Shown here piece by piece: positions 49,100 to 58,676 of a stretch of 64,000 nt of DNA. Under the pieces are notes generated by a model that saw only the letters and a list, made by a program, of their open reading frames with translations, made no database searches and was not told where the DNA came from. Source of the stretch: Candidatus Dormiibacterota bacterium (GTDB taxonomy: Bacteria > Chloroflexota > Dormibacteria > Aeolococcales > Aeolococcaceae); the NCBI GenBank assembly GCA_035552595.1, contig DASZKZ010000035.1, positions 9,205 through 73,204 of the forward strand. Reading direction: 5' to 3'. The translations under genes and the position numbers were made by a program. Positions within the stretch are counted from its first letter, which is position 1; every line of letters starts with the position of its first letter.

Positions 49100-50397
49100 G
49101 GCGAGACGAGGGTAGCGCGCAGCGCGTCGCCCTCCACGGCATCGAGAGACACGGTGGCGACGCCGCCGGGGCGCGTGGCCGAGGTCGCCGCGGCGACCAC
49201 GGAGAGATATGAGCTGGTGAGACCGTGGGCCACCCCGCCCTCGACGCGGTCCCAGATCACCTGCTCGCGGCGACCCAGCGCGCGCAGGCGCCGGCGTCGC
49301 CCGCTGCCCGTGGCCGCGCGCCGCACCTCGCCGCTGCGGCGGCGCGCGGTGGGATCGTCGACGCCGGCCGGCAGGGTGGCGGCCGGTGTGTCCGCGCGCG
49401 GCGAGTAACGGAACACGTGGGCGGTGAGCATGGCCGTCTCCTCGATCACCGCCAGGGTGGCGGCGTGGTCCGCCTCCGTCTCCCCCGGGAATCCCACCAT
49501 GACGTCGCTGGTGAACTCCGTGTCGGCGTCGAGGTCGCGCAGGGCGGCGCACACGCGCAGGTACTGGGCCCGGCGGTAGCCGCGGTGCATGGCCCGCAGG
49601 ATGACGTCGCTGCCGCTCTGCAGCGGCATGTGCCAGTGCGAGCAGAGCTGTGGATGACTGTTGAGCTCGATCAGCTCATCGGTGATGTCGTTGGTGTTGA
49701 CGCTGCTGAGCCGGACGCGCGCAGCGCCTCCCACCACGTCGAGGACGGCGTGGAGCAGACCGGCCAGGCTGGTCCCCTGGCCGCGCCCGTACGAGCCCAG
49801 GTCGACACCGGTGAGCACCACCTCGGCATGGCCGGCGTCGAGCGCGGCCAGCACGCGATCGAGGATGCCGGCCGTCGCCACCGACCGCGACGCCCCCCGC
49901 GCCCGCCATACCGAGCAGTACGTGCAGCGGTGGCCGCAGCCGTCCTGCACCTTGATGAAGGCGCGGCTCCGCCGCGGCGCCACCTGTGGGACCCGAGCCT
50001 CGACTCCACGCTCGGCGGCGACGCGAAGCACGTGATCGGCGATGCCGTCCTTGGCACTGTTGCTGAAGACGGCGTCGACCCCCTCGACAGGGAGGTGTCC
50101 GCCGTCGGGGCCGGGGCGCAGGTAGACCCCCGGATTGCCGTCGACGCTGCAGCCGGTGAGGATGAGGTGGGCACCGGGGTCGGCGCGGCGCAGTCGGCGC
50201 AGCCGCTGCCGGGTGGTGGCGTCGGCGGCGGCTGTCACCGTGCAGGAGTTGAGCACCCGAACGTCGGCCGGCTGGTCGTCGGGCACCACCTCACAGCCGG
50301 CGGCGGCGAGCCGTCCGGCCAGGGCGGCCATCTCGGCGTAGTTCACCTTGCAGCCCAGCGCGGTGACCGCGACACGGACCGGCCGGGCTCCGTTCAT
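49096..50397 (-). CDS. mtaB: tRNA methylthiotransferase MtaB-type (radical SAM MTTase + TRAM)
   Basis: N-terminal MTTase Cys residues (LGCKVN, LNSCTV, LTGC), radical-SAM CGHRCTYC, C-terminal TRAM; ATGA overlap with rsmE as in Bacillus yqeU-yqeV. Confidence 0.85.
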   Translation of the reverse strand: MNGARPVRVAVTALGCKVNYAEMAALAGRLAAAGCEVVPDDQPADVRVLNSCTVTAAADATTRQRLRRLRRADPGAHLILTGCSVDGNPGVYLRPGPDGGHLPVEGVDAVFSNSAKDGIADHVLRVAAERGVEARVPQVAPRRSRAFIKVQDGCGHRCTYCSVWRARGASRSVATAGILDRVLAALDAGHAEVVLTGVDLGSYGRGQGTSLAGLLHAVLDVVGGAARVRLSSVNTNDITDELIELNSHPQLCSHWHMPLQSGSDVILRAMHRGYRRAQYLRVCAALRDLDADTEFTSDVMVGFPGETEADHAATLAVIEETAMLTAHVFRYSPRADTPAATLPAGVDDPTARRRSGEVRRAATGSGRRRRLRALGRREQVIWDRVEGGVAHGLTSSYLSVVAAATSATRPGGVATVSLDAVEGDALRATLVSP

Positions 50398-51152
50398 GGC
50401 CGAGGCGCCGCCGCCAGCGGCTCGGACAGGTCACCGGATCGGGCCAGGAGCAGCGCGCAGGCCACGGCTCCTGCGTAGCGCGTCCGGAGGATTCGCGCGC
50501 CGAGATGGACGGTGTCAGCCCCGGCTCGGCGCAGCGTGTCGAGGTCACGCTCGCCGAAGCCACCCTCGGGCCCGATGCACAGCCCCAATGGGCGGCGGAG
50601 GTCGACGTCGGCATCGACGATCGAACGCTCCCCGTCGAAGGTGCACGCCAGGAGCTGCGCGTCCGGTGCCAGAGCGGCGAGCGCGTCGGCAAGGGCGACA
50701 GGTGCGTGCACGCGGGGAATCGTGCCGCGACCAGCCAGCTGGGCAGACTCGGTGGCCACGGCCTGCCAGCGGTGCACCCGGTGGGGGAGCCGGTCGCCGG
50801 ACGGGCGGCTGACCACGCGCTCGGTGATCACGGGGCGAACCTCGGCGGCGCCGGCCTCGACCAGGACGTCGACGCAGTCCTCCATGCGTTCCCGCGGCAG
50901 CGCCTGGAGGACGGTTACGCGCAGCCGGGGCTCGCCGGTGGCGCTGCGGCTCCAGGCGATGTCCCCGGCGACACGATCCGCCCCCACGATGCGCAGCACC
51001 ACACCGTGCTCATGGCCGTGGGGATCCACCACCACGATGGAATCGCCGGCGCGCATGCGCAGCGAGCGTGCCAGGTGCTTGGCCAGCGAGCCCTCGAGCA
51101 CCACTCCTGCGGGCGATGCGGCCTCGGCGTCGATGAAGAACCGGTCGGGCAT
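50394..51152 (-). CDS. rsmE: 16S rRNA (uracil1498-N3)-methyltransferase
   Basis: PUA-like N-terminus and SPOUT C-terminus (LCIGPEGGFGERDL); 252 aa; adjacent to mtaB. Confidence 0.85.
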   Translation of the reverse strand: MPDRFFIDAEAASPAGVVLEGSLAKHLARSLRMRAGDSIVVVDPHGHEHGVVLRIVGADRVAGDIAWSRSATGEPRLRVTVLQALPRERMEDCVDVLVEAGAAEVRPVITERVVSRPSGDRLPHRVHRWQAVATESAQLAGRGTIPRVHAPVALADALAALAPDAQLLACTFDGERSIVDADVDLRRPLGLCIGPEGGFGERDLDTLRRAGADTVHLGARILRTRYAGAVACALLLARSGDLSEPLAAAPRP

Positions 51153-51173
51153 CGGGGTATTCTCCGCGACGGC

Positions 51174-51533
51174 TCAGCCCGCCAGGAGATCAAGCCGCAC
51201 GCGACGCTGGGGATTGTCGGCGTTGAGGTCGACGAGCACGATCCGCTGCCAGGTGCCCAGCACCAGGCGGCCGGCGGAGACCGGAAGCACCATGGCGGGG
51301 CTGAGCAGCGCCGGCAGGAGGTGGTCGGCGCCGTGACCGGGGCTGCCGTGCTGGTGGGAGTAGCGGGCGTCGCGGGGGAGCAGCCGCTTCAGCTCTGCCA
51401 CCAGGTCGCCCTCGGAGCCACTGCCCGTCTCCATGAGGGCGAGGCCGGCCGTGGCATGCAGGGCGAGCAGGCTGAGCAGCCCATCGCCGCCCGTCTCGAC
51501 GAATGCGGCGACGTCGTCGGTGATATCGACCAC
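51174..51533 (-). CDS. YjbQ/UPF0047-family protein (secondary thiamine-phosphate synthase-like); 5' end uncertain
   Basis: C-terminal motif LPVSAGRLVLGTWQRIVLVDL; nearest in-frame GTG gives 119 aa, but alignment to the family suggests ~10 more N-terminal residues with no canonical start. Confidence 0.6.
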   Translation of the reverse strand: MVDITDDVAAFVETGGDGLLSLLALHATAGLALMETGSGSEGDLVAELKRLLPRDARYSHQHGSPGHGADHLLPALLSPAMVLPVSAGRLVLGTWQRIVLVDLNADNPQRRVRLDLLAG

Positions 51534-51662
51534 CTGCGCGCGGCTGGTGTCGACGGAGAGCTCTGTGGATCGCAGCGGTGGTCCTCCGCGCCGGCCGGGA
51601 CGGTCGGCGACCAGCAGATTGTGCCGGTGAGCGCTGCCGACCGGCGCGTAGCATCCGCGCGC

Positions 51663-52475
51663 ATGACCGATACCGTCGTGGCCGCCCCGGACGGAACCGA
51701 GCTGGCCGTGACCGTCGCCGGCGATGGTCCGTGGCTCCTGCTCATCCCCGGCCTGGGCGCGACCCGCGTGGTGTTCGAACCGCTGATGGCGCTGCTCACG
51801 CCGCACTTCCGGGTGGCGGTCTACGACCAGCGGGGGATCGGCGCGTCGCAGCTCACGCCCGGCCCCTACACCACAGAGCAGCTCGGCGACGACGCCGCCG
51901 CCGTGCTCGACGGGCTCGCCATCGCGCAGGCGGGCGTTCTCGGGGCGTCGTTCGGCGGCCTGGTCGCGCAGCAGCTGGCCGTCCGCCATCCAGAGCGCGT
52001 TGCTGCCCTGCTGCTCGCCGCCACCGGTCCCGGCTCCGCCGCTGGGGCGCGTGCCCCAGACCCTGCCGCCAGCGCTGCGCTGCTCGGCAAGGGTGCCCGG
52101 ACCCCCGAGGAGGCCTACCGCCTGGCGTGCACGGTGCTCTACTCGCTGCGCTTCCAAGCGGAGCATCCCGAGTTCATCGAGGCGCAGGTGCGCGACCGCG
52201 CCCGCCACCCGGTCGCGGCGCGAGCTTTCCAGGCCCAGCTGGCCGCGTCCCGCGCCCATGACGTGTGGGAGAAGCTGCCGTCGATCGCCGCCCCAACCCT
52301 GGTTCTCCACGGCAGCGAGGACCTGGTCATGCCGCTCGCCAACGCCGAGCTGCTCTGGGAGCGGATCCCGGGAGCGCGCCACGACGTCTTCGAGGGCGCC
52401 GGCCACCTCTTCTTCCACGAACAGCCGCGGCGCACCGCGGACGCCGTGCGCAGGTTTGCCGCCGTCAGCCGCTGA
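51663..52475 (+). CDS. alpha/beta-fold hydrolase
   Basis: Nucleophile elbow GASFGG, HGSEDLVMP and GAGHLFFHEQP catalytic His region; 270 aa. Confidence 0.75.
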   Translation: MTDTVVAAPDGTELAVTVAGDGPWLLLIPGLGATRVVFEPLMALLTPHFRVAVYDQRGIGASQLTPGPYTTEQLGDDAAAVLDGLAIAQAGVLGASFGGLVAQQLAVRHPERVAALLLAATGPGSAAGARAPDPAASAALLGKGARTPEEAYRLACTVLYSLRFQAEHPEFIEAQVRDRARHPVAARAFQAQLAASRAHDVWEKLPSIAAPTLVLHGSEDLVMPLANAELLWERIPGARHDVFEGAGHLFFHEQPRRTADAVRRFAAVSR

Positions 52476-52499
52476 TCGGCAGGAGGACGTCGGCGGTGC

Positions 52500-54143
52500 T
52501 CACCCGTCGTCAGGCGAGGCGGCGGGGGAGCCGAGCTCGCCGAGGTCTCCGTTCTGCTGGATGCCGGCATCCGCGAGGGGTGCGTCGTCCCCGCCGGTGG
52601 CGCGGCGCCGGTTGGCCTCCTGCACAGCGGCGATCTGGGCGGGAGCGGTGGCGGTGGCGGTGGTCTCGCGGATCACCGTCACCTTGATGATCCCCGGGTA
52701 CTGCATCTCGTTCTCGATCTCCCGGGCGATCTCCACGCTCAGCTCCGGCACCTGCGCGTCCTTGACCTGCTTGGCGCGCACGAAGATGCGCACCTCGCGT
52801 CCCGCCTGGAGGGGGAAGGCGCGCTCCACGCCGGCGTGGCGGGTGGCGATGGCCTGCAGCTGCTCGAGCCGCGCCAGGTAGGTGGTGAGGGTGTCCCGTC
52901 GCGCCCCCGGACGCGAGGCGCTGATGGCGTCGGCACAGATGGTGAGCATGGCCAGGTCGGTGCTGGGCTCCTCGTCGAAGTGGTGCGCCTTGACGGCGTG
53001 GATGATCCCCGGGTCGGCGCCGAGAACGCGGAGCAGCTCGCCGCCGATGATGGCGTGCGAGCCCTCCACGTCGTGGTCGACCGCCTTGCCGACGTCGTGG
53101 AGCATGCCCGCCTGGCGCGCCATCGCCTGGGTCATGCCCAGCTCGGCCGCGAGCACCCCGCAGATGTGACCGGTCTCCTCGCAGTGCAAGAGCGCGTTCT
53201 GCCCGTAGGAGAAGCGGTAGTGGAGGGTGCCGATGAGCTCGGCCAGCTCGGGCCGGCCCTCCATCTGCATCTCCCAGAGCGCGCGCTCGCCGAGCTGGCG
53301 CACGTTGGTGAGCAGGGAGCCGCGGGTGCGCACCAGGAGGGGGGGAACGTCGGCGGCCTGCAGCTTGCGGTCGACGACCTCGAGCGCGGCCTGGCGCGCC
53401 AGCTCACGACCGATCGGGTCCATGCCGCGCAGGGTTGCCTGGGCGCGATCCTCGTCCACGCCGAGGTCCATCCCGGTGTCCTCGGCGATCACGGAGAGCG
53501 CACTGAGCAGCCGCTCGCGCCCGGGCTCGTCGAGGTCCTCGAGAGAGAGCGGTGCCGACCGGGTGATCCCGTCGGCATGGCCGCTCAGCTGCCGCTCCAT
53601 GGCCCCGGCGATGAGGGTCCGCGCCGCGGGCTCGGCGTCGCCGACCCGTTCCGCGACGGCGGCCTCCACCCTGGCCGGGTGCTCCGCCGCCAGCTCGTTG
53701 TCGACGCGCTCGAGGACCAGCCGGGCGGCGCTGGCCGCGTCGACCCCGGCGACCCGTTCCATCGTGCCCGCCATCTCGGCGCGGGCAGAGGCCACCGCCA
53801 GGATCCGCTCCTCGATCTCCTCGCGCCGCTTCTTGTGGAGGTGGCGGCGGTCGTCGAAGACCGCCCGGCGATCCCGGTACGTCCGCTCGCGCTCCTCGAG
53901 GAGGGCCTCGTTGGCGTCGACCGCCTGGCCGCGCACCAGCACCTCCTCGCGGACCGCCTCCCGGGCCGCCAGCGCCTGGTTGCGCGCCTCGGCGACGATG
54001 CGATCGGCCTCGGTCCGGGCTCGCGCGGCCGCCGCCGGGTCGGGGGCGGGCGCGGGCGCGCCGCCACCGCGGCGGGAAGGGCGCGGGGCGGCCAGCGCGA
54101 CCAGTCCCACGGCGGCGGCCAGAACGATGGCGACGACCAGCAC
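52500..54143 (-). CDS. rny: ribonuclease Y
   Basis: N-terminal TM helix, long coiled-coil, degenerate KH region, HD domain (LLHCEETGHICGVLAAELG...LHDVGKAVDHDVEGSHA); start GTG 8 nt after GGGAGG (alt 54152). Confidence 0.85.
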   Translation of the reverse strand: MLVVAIVLAAAVGLVALAAPRPSRRGGGAPAPAPDPAAAARARTEADRIVAEARNQALAAREAVREEVLVRGQAVDANEALLEERERTYRDRRAVFDDRRHLHKKRREEIEERILAVASARAEMAGTMERVAGVDAASAARLVLERVDNELAAEHPARVEAAVAERVGDAEPAARTLIAGAMERQLSGHADGITRSAPLSLEDLDEPGRERLLSALSVIAEDTGMDLGVDEDRAQATLRGMDPIGRELARQAALEVVDRKLQAADVPPLLVRTRGSLLTNVRQLGERALWEMQMEGRPELAELIGTLHYRFSYGQNALLHCEETGHICGVLAAELGMTQAMARQAGMLHDVGKAVDHDVEGSHAIIGGELLRVLGADPGIIHAVKAHHFDEEPSTDLAMLTICADAISASRPGARRDTLTTYLARLEQLQAIATRHAGVERAFPLQAGREVRIFVRAKQVKDAQVPELSVEIAREIENEMQYPGIIKVTVIRETTATATAPAQIAAVQEANRRRATGGDDAPLADAGIQQNGDLGELGSPAASPDDG

Positions 54144-54199
54144 GACGATCACCTCCCGAGTGTACGGGGCACGCGGGTCTCGGCCTCCGGGATGTGCGT

Positions 54200-55114
54200 T
54201 CAGCCGCCCGGAGGTGGATCGAAGGGATCGGCCACCTCGTTGACCAGCTCGCGGGAGAAGAGGTGCGCTGCCGGCGGCAGCGTGCGCCGCCGGTCCCAGA
54301 CCAGCGCCATGGTCCGGGCGATCGGGGGGTCCCGCAGCGGGATCACCGTCACCCGGGCCGAGGGGGAGGGCAGCGGCATGGGCATCAGGGTGATCCCCAG
54401 CCCCGCCTCGACCAGGCCCTGGACGATGCTGAAGTCGTCCCCCTCATAGGCCACGGTGGTGGTCAGCCCCTGCGAGGCGAACGCGTCGTCGATGACCTTG
54501 CGGAGCCCGCTCCGCGACCGGGGCAGGATGAGCGGCTCGTTGGTGAGGTCCGCCAGGGCCGCCGAGGTTCGCCCGGCGAGCCGGTGGGCCAGCGGCACCA
54601 CCACCGCCACCCGCTCGCGGAAGAGAGGCACCGTCTCGAGGTCGGGCGCGTTGAGCGGCGGTGGGCCCAGGATGCCGAGGTCGAAGTCACCGGCGAGGAC
54701 CCCGCTGGCCACCTCGGCCGTGGTCCCCTCCTCGAGGGTGAAGCGGACCCCGGGGTGGGCCTGGAGGAAGCTGGCGAGGCGCTCCGGCAGCCAGCGCGCG
54801 CCCACGGTGTGCAGGAAGCCGATCCTGACCACGCCGGACTCGGCCGAGACCGCCCCCTCCGCGTCCGCCACCGCCTCGCGCAGGTCGCTGAGCAGCCGTT
54901 CGGCGCGGCCGACGAATCGCTTTCCCGCCTGCGTGAGCCGGATGGAGCGTCCGATGCGCTCAAAGAGGGGGACCCCGACCTCCTGCTCCAGCCTGGCGAT
55001 CTTGCGGCTGACCGTTGACGGATCCGCCTGCAGGGCCTCGGCCGCCCGCCCCAGGTGCTCCACCCGCGCGACCTCGAGAAAGGTCCGCAAAGAGTCGGCA
55101 TTGATGCGATCCAT
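54200..55114 (-). CDS. LysR-family transcriptional regulator
   Basis: N-terminal HTH LRTFLEVARVEHLGRAAEALQADPSTVSRKIARLE and LysR substrate-binding domain; 304 aa. Confidence 0.85.
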   Translation of the reverse strand: MDRINADSLRTFLEVARVEHLGRAAEALQADPSTVSRKIARLEQEVGVPLFERIGRSIRLTQAGKRFVGRAERLLSDLREAVADAEGAVSAESGVVRIGFLHTVGARWLPERLASFLQAHPGVRFTLEEGTTAEVASGVLAGDFDLGILGPPPLNAPDLETVPLFRERVAVVVPLAHRLAGRTSAALADLTNEPLILPRSRSGLRKVIDDAFASQGLTTTVAYEGDDFSIVQGLVEAGLGITLMPMPLPSPSARVTVIPLRDPPIARTMALVWDRRRTLPPAAHLFSRELVNEVADPFDPPPGG

Positions 55115-55146
55115 GCATCAATCTGATCCGAAAAGCGCTCTTGATG
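55100..55146. promoter_or_regulatory. putative LysR-type operator: ATTGATG-N9-CATCAAT dyad spanning the LysR start codon plus third half-site TTGATG at 55141
   Basis: Inverted repeats read directly from the divergent LysR/hypothetical intergenic region. Confidence 0.4.
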
Positions 55147-55240
55147 TCAACGCTGCAGGGCGATAGGCTTGAGCGAGTGGTGACCGAAATGCCAACGAAT
55201 CCGTTGTCAGGATGCCCGGCGCCAACCCCAGGAGATTGAA

Positions 55241-55669
55241 TTGTTGATCGAAAACGCAACCCAAGAGGTGCATGACGCGCGCAAGCGCCATCACCGGGAG
55301 ATGGTGGAGCGGACGCGACTGCGGCGGCTCGTCGAGCGGGTCGACGAGGTCATCAGCGCCTGCGAGGAGATCCACCTCCAGAGCATCAAGGAGACCCCGG
55401 CCGACCTCAAGTCTCGCGCCGAGGACGTCTTCAGCTTCGCGCGCAGCGCCGTCTCCAAGACCGGCGACCGCGCCGCTCTGGCCGAGGTCGAGGAGGCGAT
55501 CGGCCGGCGCCAGGTCAAGATCACCGAGATCATGGACATCCTCTGGACCATCCAGGAGATCGTCTTCGACCTGATGCTGCCCTGGCGCACCGAGCTCCCC
55601 GAGGATGTCGAGCCCGAGGGACCGATCACCGGGGCCCCCGATTGGAGGCGCTGGACGGCCGTCGCCTGA
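55241..55669 (+). CDS. hypothetical protein divergent from LysR (likely LysR target)
   Basis: TTG start 6 nt after AGGAGA; 142 aa, helical, no recognised family. Confidence 0.4.
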   Translation: MLIENATQEVHDARKRHHREMVERTRLRRLVERVDEVISACEEIHLQSIKETPADLKSRAEDVFSFARSAVSKTGDRAALAEVEEAIGRRQVKITEIMDILWTIQEIVFDLMLPWRTELPEDVEPEGPITGAPDWRRWTAVA

Positions 55670-55689
55670 GCCGTGAGCCGGGCGGCGCG

Positions 55690-58563
55690 CTAGCCGCCCT
55701 CCTCCTCGACGCGGCGACCCTCGTCGCACACCGTGCGGTACTCGCAGCGCGGGCAGTTCCACGTTGAGGGGTGAGGTGGGAAGTCACCGTCCTGCCATGC
55801 CTTGGCGAGGTCGCGGGTGCTCACCGAGAGGTAGCGGTACGAGGTGTCGAGCTGCTCGCGGGTGAAGCCGATCCGGGTGACCTCGGCGGTCTGGAGATGG
55901 TGCAGCTCGACAGCCACCGCGTCGCTGCGCTCGCGCCGGGACACGGCGACGGCGTAGGCGCGGACCTGGATGTCCCGGCGCGCCTGCTCCTCGGCCGGCG
56001 GCGCTCCCGTCTTGTAATCGACCACCGTCACCGTTCCGCGGCCGTCGTCGTCGAGTCGATCCCAGCGGCCGTGCACGTCGGCGTGGTCGAGTGCGAGGCT
56101 GAAGTTCTCCTCCACCGCTGCCACCGACGCATCGCGCCACGCCGGCGTGGCGAGGTAGCGGCGAAGCTGCTTCTCCCCGAGGTCGCGCAGCTCTGCGTGG
56201 CCACCCCGGGGAGCGCGCGCCAGCTTCCATGCCTGGTTCCAGACGCTCGCACCCAGGTCCTCGTCGGCGCCCTCGCCGGCAAGCCGCCGCATCGCCAGGT
56301 TCTGCAGCACGGTGTGGATGAGCGTCCCGAACCAGCTCTGCAGCGAGGTGCGCACCGGCATGTGGTAGCGGCGCCGGTACTCGAAGCGACGGGGGCACTG
56401 TTTGAAGATCCGAATGTCCGAGACCCCCACCGAGAGGCGCTCCCCAGAGGGGCGTCCCGCGATGCGCGCGGGACGCGGACGGAGTGGCGCCGCGGCGGGC
56501 ACCTCGCGCTTGCGGGTGTGGGCGGCGGCGGCGACGGCGACGAAGGGCGAGGGATTCTCGTCTCTGAAGCTGCGCGGATATCGCGCCGCCCGCGAGAGGA
56601 TCAGACGATCGCGCGCTCGGGTGACGGCGACGTAGAAGAGCCTGCGCTCCTCATCGATCACCGCGTCACCCGGCGGCGGCGACTCCGGGACCAGCTCACC
56701 GGGCAGCGACAGCGCCGCGGTGGTGGCGCTGCCCCGACCCGGCCATCGTGATTCGATGCAGCCGGAGAGCACCACCACCGGCCACTCCAGGCCCTTCGCG
56801 GAGTGTGCGGTGAGCAGCACGACGCCCTCGTCGGACGCTTCGACGGAGGCGAGCTCGTCGGCCTGGCGGCTGTTGCGGAGCACGTCGAGATAGCCGAGGG
56901 CGGTGGCCAGCCGGTGGTCGTCGCTCCAGTCTGTGAAGGACTCGAGGAGCTCACCGAACTTGTTCAGGTTGGCACCCGTCTGCTGGCGCGCCAGCGGGCT
57001 CTGCTGATCGAGCAGCCCCAGGAAGTCACTGCGCTGCAGGGCCTCGTAGAAGATCTCCTGCACATCCTCGCGTGCGCTCATGGCGTGGAGCGCCTCGACA
57101 TCGCCGATGCAGCGCGTCGCGCCGGCGACGTCGTGCTCATCGAGTGGCGGCGACGGCGCCTCGCGAAGCAGGTCGAGCAAGGGGATGTCGTGCTGATCGC
57201 AGAGCTGGACGAGCGCCAGCCGGCCCCGGTTGCTGACCTTCCAGGAGGGCAGCTGCAAGCAGCGCAGCAGCGCCTGCGAGTCGGTGGGGTCGGCGCCGGC
57301 GCCGAGCAGCGCGAGCAGATCCTTGATCTCCGGCTGGGTGAAGAAACCGCGGCCGCCCTGCACCTGGTACGGCACACCCGCCTCGCGGAGCGCGCCGACG
57401 GCCGCACGCATGTCCGCATGGCGCCGGAACAGCCACGCGATGTCGGCTGCGCGGACACCCTGGTCGATCAGCAGCCGGCACTCCGAGGCCACGCCGACCA
57501 CCTCGCTGCGCTCGTCGGGGGCCACCCAGAGCTCCACCGGATCACCGCCGCCGCGCTCGGCGTGCAGGGTCTTGGCAAGGCGCGACGCCGGATCCGCGGT
57601 GGCGATCACCGCCCCCGCCGCGCTGACGATCGGCTCTCTGCTGCGGTAGTTGTGGGAGAGGGTGACGCGGGCGTGGTCCGGATAGATGCGCGAGAAGCGA
57701 TCGAGGTTGGCAAGGCTGGCGCCGCGGAACTTGTAGATCGCCTGGTCGTCGTCCGCCACCACCAGGATGTTGTGATGGGCGGTCACCAGCGTCTCCACCA
57801 ACCTGGCCTGCGCGTAGTTGGTGTCCTGGTACTCGTCGACCATCACGTACCTGATGCCGTCGCAGACCGCGCGCCGGGGTGCGTCGTGCTCGCGCAGCAG
57901 CTGCTCGGCGCGCAGGATGGTGTCGTCGTGGTCGAGGACCGCGTGGCGGAGGTAGCGCTCGTCGAGCGCCGCATACACTGCGGCGATCTCCTCCTGACGT
58001 TCGAGAAGGGCTCGCTCGGCGGGGTCGTCGGCGGCCGCCCGAGCGGTGGCGGCCCACTGCGCGTAACCCTGCGGAGACACCAGCTCCTGCTTGGCCTTGC
58101 CGATGACGTCGAGGATGGAGTCGACGAGGTCATGGGGGCGGAGTGGATTCCAGAGAGTGCGCGGTTTGAGCGCGGCGAGCACCGCCTCGAGGTGGAGCCA
58201 GCGCTCCGCCTCGTCCGCAATGCGGAACGCCGGCGAGATGCCCGCCAGCCAGCCCCAGTCGCGCACCACCCGGCCCGCGAACGCGTGGTAGTTGCTGAGC
58301 GGCGGCTCTCCGGTGAACGGTCCGTGGGCCGCCTCAGCCCGTGAGCGCATCTCCGCGGCGGCCTTCCTCGTGTAGGTGAGAACCACCTGCGCGGACGGCG
58401 GCACGCCCGCGCCGGCCAGCGCCAGGAAGCGTTCCACGATCACCCGGGTCTTGCCGCTGCCCGGGCCGGCGAGCACCAGGCATGGCCCGTCGCGGTGGGC
58501 CACCGCGGCCTGCTGATCGGGGTCGAGAGCTAGGGCTGGCACAGGCTCCCTCATACGTGGCAT
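55690..58563 (-). CDS. UvrD/PcrA-like SF1 DNA helicase fused to C-terminal PD-(D/E)XK Cas4/RecB-type nuclease with 4-Cys cluster
   Basis: Walker A GPGSGKT; motifs II (VDEYQDTN), III, V, VI of SF1A helicases; C-terminal VDYKTG nuclease motif and Cys residues (C...CPRCEYRTVC) typical of Fe-S Cas4/AddB nuclease domains; 957 aa. Confidence 0.8.
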   Translation of the reverse strand: MPRMREPVPALALDPDQQAAVAHRDGPCLVLAGPGSGKTRVIVERFLALAGAGVPPSAQVVLTYTRKAAAEMRSRAEAAHGPFTGEPPLSNYHAFAGRVVRDWGWLAGISPAFRIADEAERWLHLEAVLAALKPRTLWNPLRPHDLVDSILDVIGKAKQELVSPQGYAQWAATARAAADDPAERALLERQEEIAAVYAALDERYLRHAVLDHDDTILRAEQLLREHDAPRRAVCDGIRYVMVDEYQDTNYAQARLVETLVTAHHNILVVADDDQAIYKFRGASLANLDRFSRIYPDHARVTLSHNYRSREPIVSAAGAVIATADPASRLAKTLHAERGGGDPVELWVAPDERSEVVGVASECRLLIDQGVRAADIAWLFRRHADMRAAVGALREAGVPYQVQGGRGFFTQPEIKDLLALLGAGADPTDSQALLRCLQLPSWKVSNRGRLALVQLCDQHDIPLLDLLREAPSPPLDEHDVAGATRCIGDVEALHAMSAREDVQEIFYEALQRSDFLGLLDQQSPLARQQTGANLNKFGELLESFTDWSDDHRLATALGYLDVLRNSRQADELASVEASDEGVVLLTAHSAKGLEWPVVVLSGCIESRWPGRGSATTAALSLPGELVPESPPPGDAVIDEERRLFYVAVTRARDRLILSRAARYPRSFRDENPSPFVAVAAAAHTRKREVPAAAPLRPRPARIAGRPSGERLSVGVSDIRIFKQCPRRFEYRRRYHMPVRTSLQSWFGTLIHTVLQNLAMRRLAGEGADEDLGASVWNQAWKLARAPRGGHAELRDLGEKQLRRYLATPAWRDASVAAVEENFSLALDHADVHGRWDRLDDDGRGTVTVVDYKTGAPPAEEQARRDIQVRAYAVAVSRRERSDAVAVELHHLQTAEVTRIGFTREQLDTSYRYLSVSTRDLAKAWQDGDFPPHPSTWNCPRCEYRTVCDEGRRVEEEGG

Positions 58564-58676
58564 TCGAACGCATGTACGTCCGGGACCGGTAAGCGTACAC
58601 CTCGCCGCGGCCGCGGATCCGAGGCTGGCGCCAGCAGCCCCTGCGACGTTGCCGGCTGAGCGCCGAAGATCACTGT

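Noticed and set aside
50505-51662. Upstream portion of ORF 50505..52475 and the 414-aa ORF 51174..52418 -
   Set aside because: Only the C-terminal 270 codons (from ATG 51663) resemble an alpha/beta hydrolase. Upstream parts are antisense to rsmE and yjbQ. Conversely, only the 3' ~120 codons of the minus ORF match YjbQ.
55771-58344. + strand ORFs 55771..56751 and 56803..58344
   Set aside because: Antisense to the helicase-nuclease gene, which carries complete SF1 and PD-(D/E)XK motifs.
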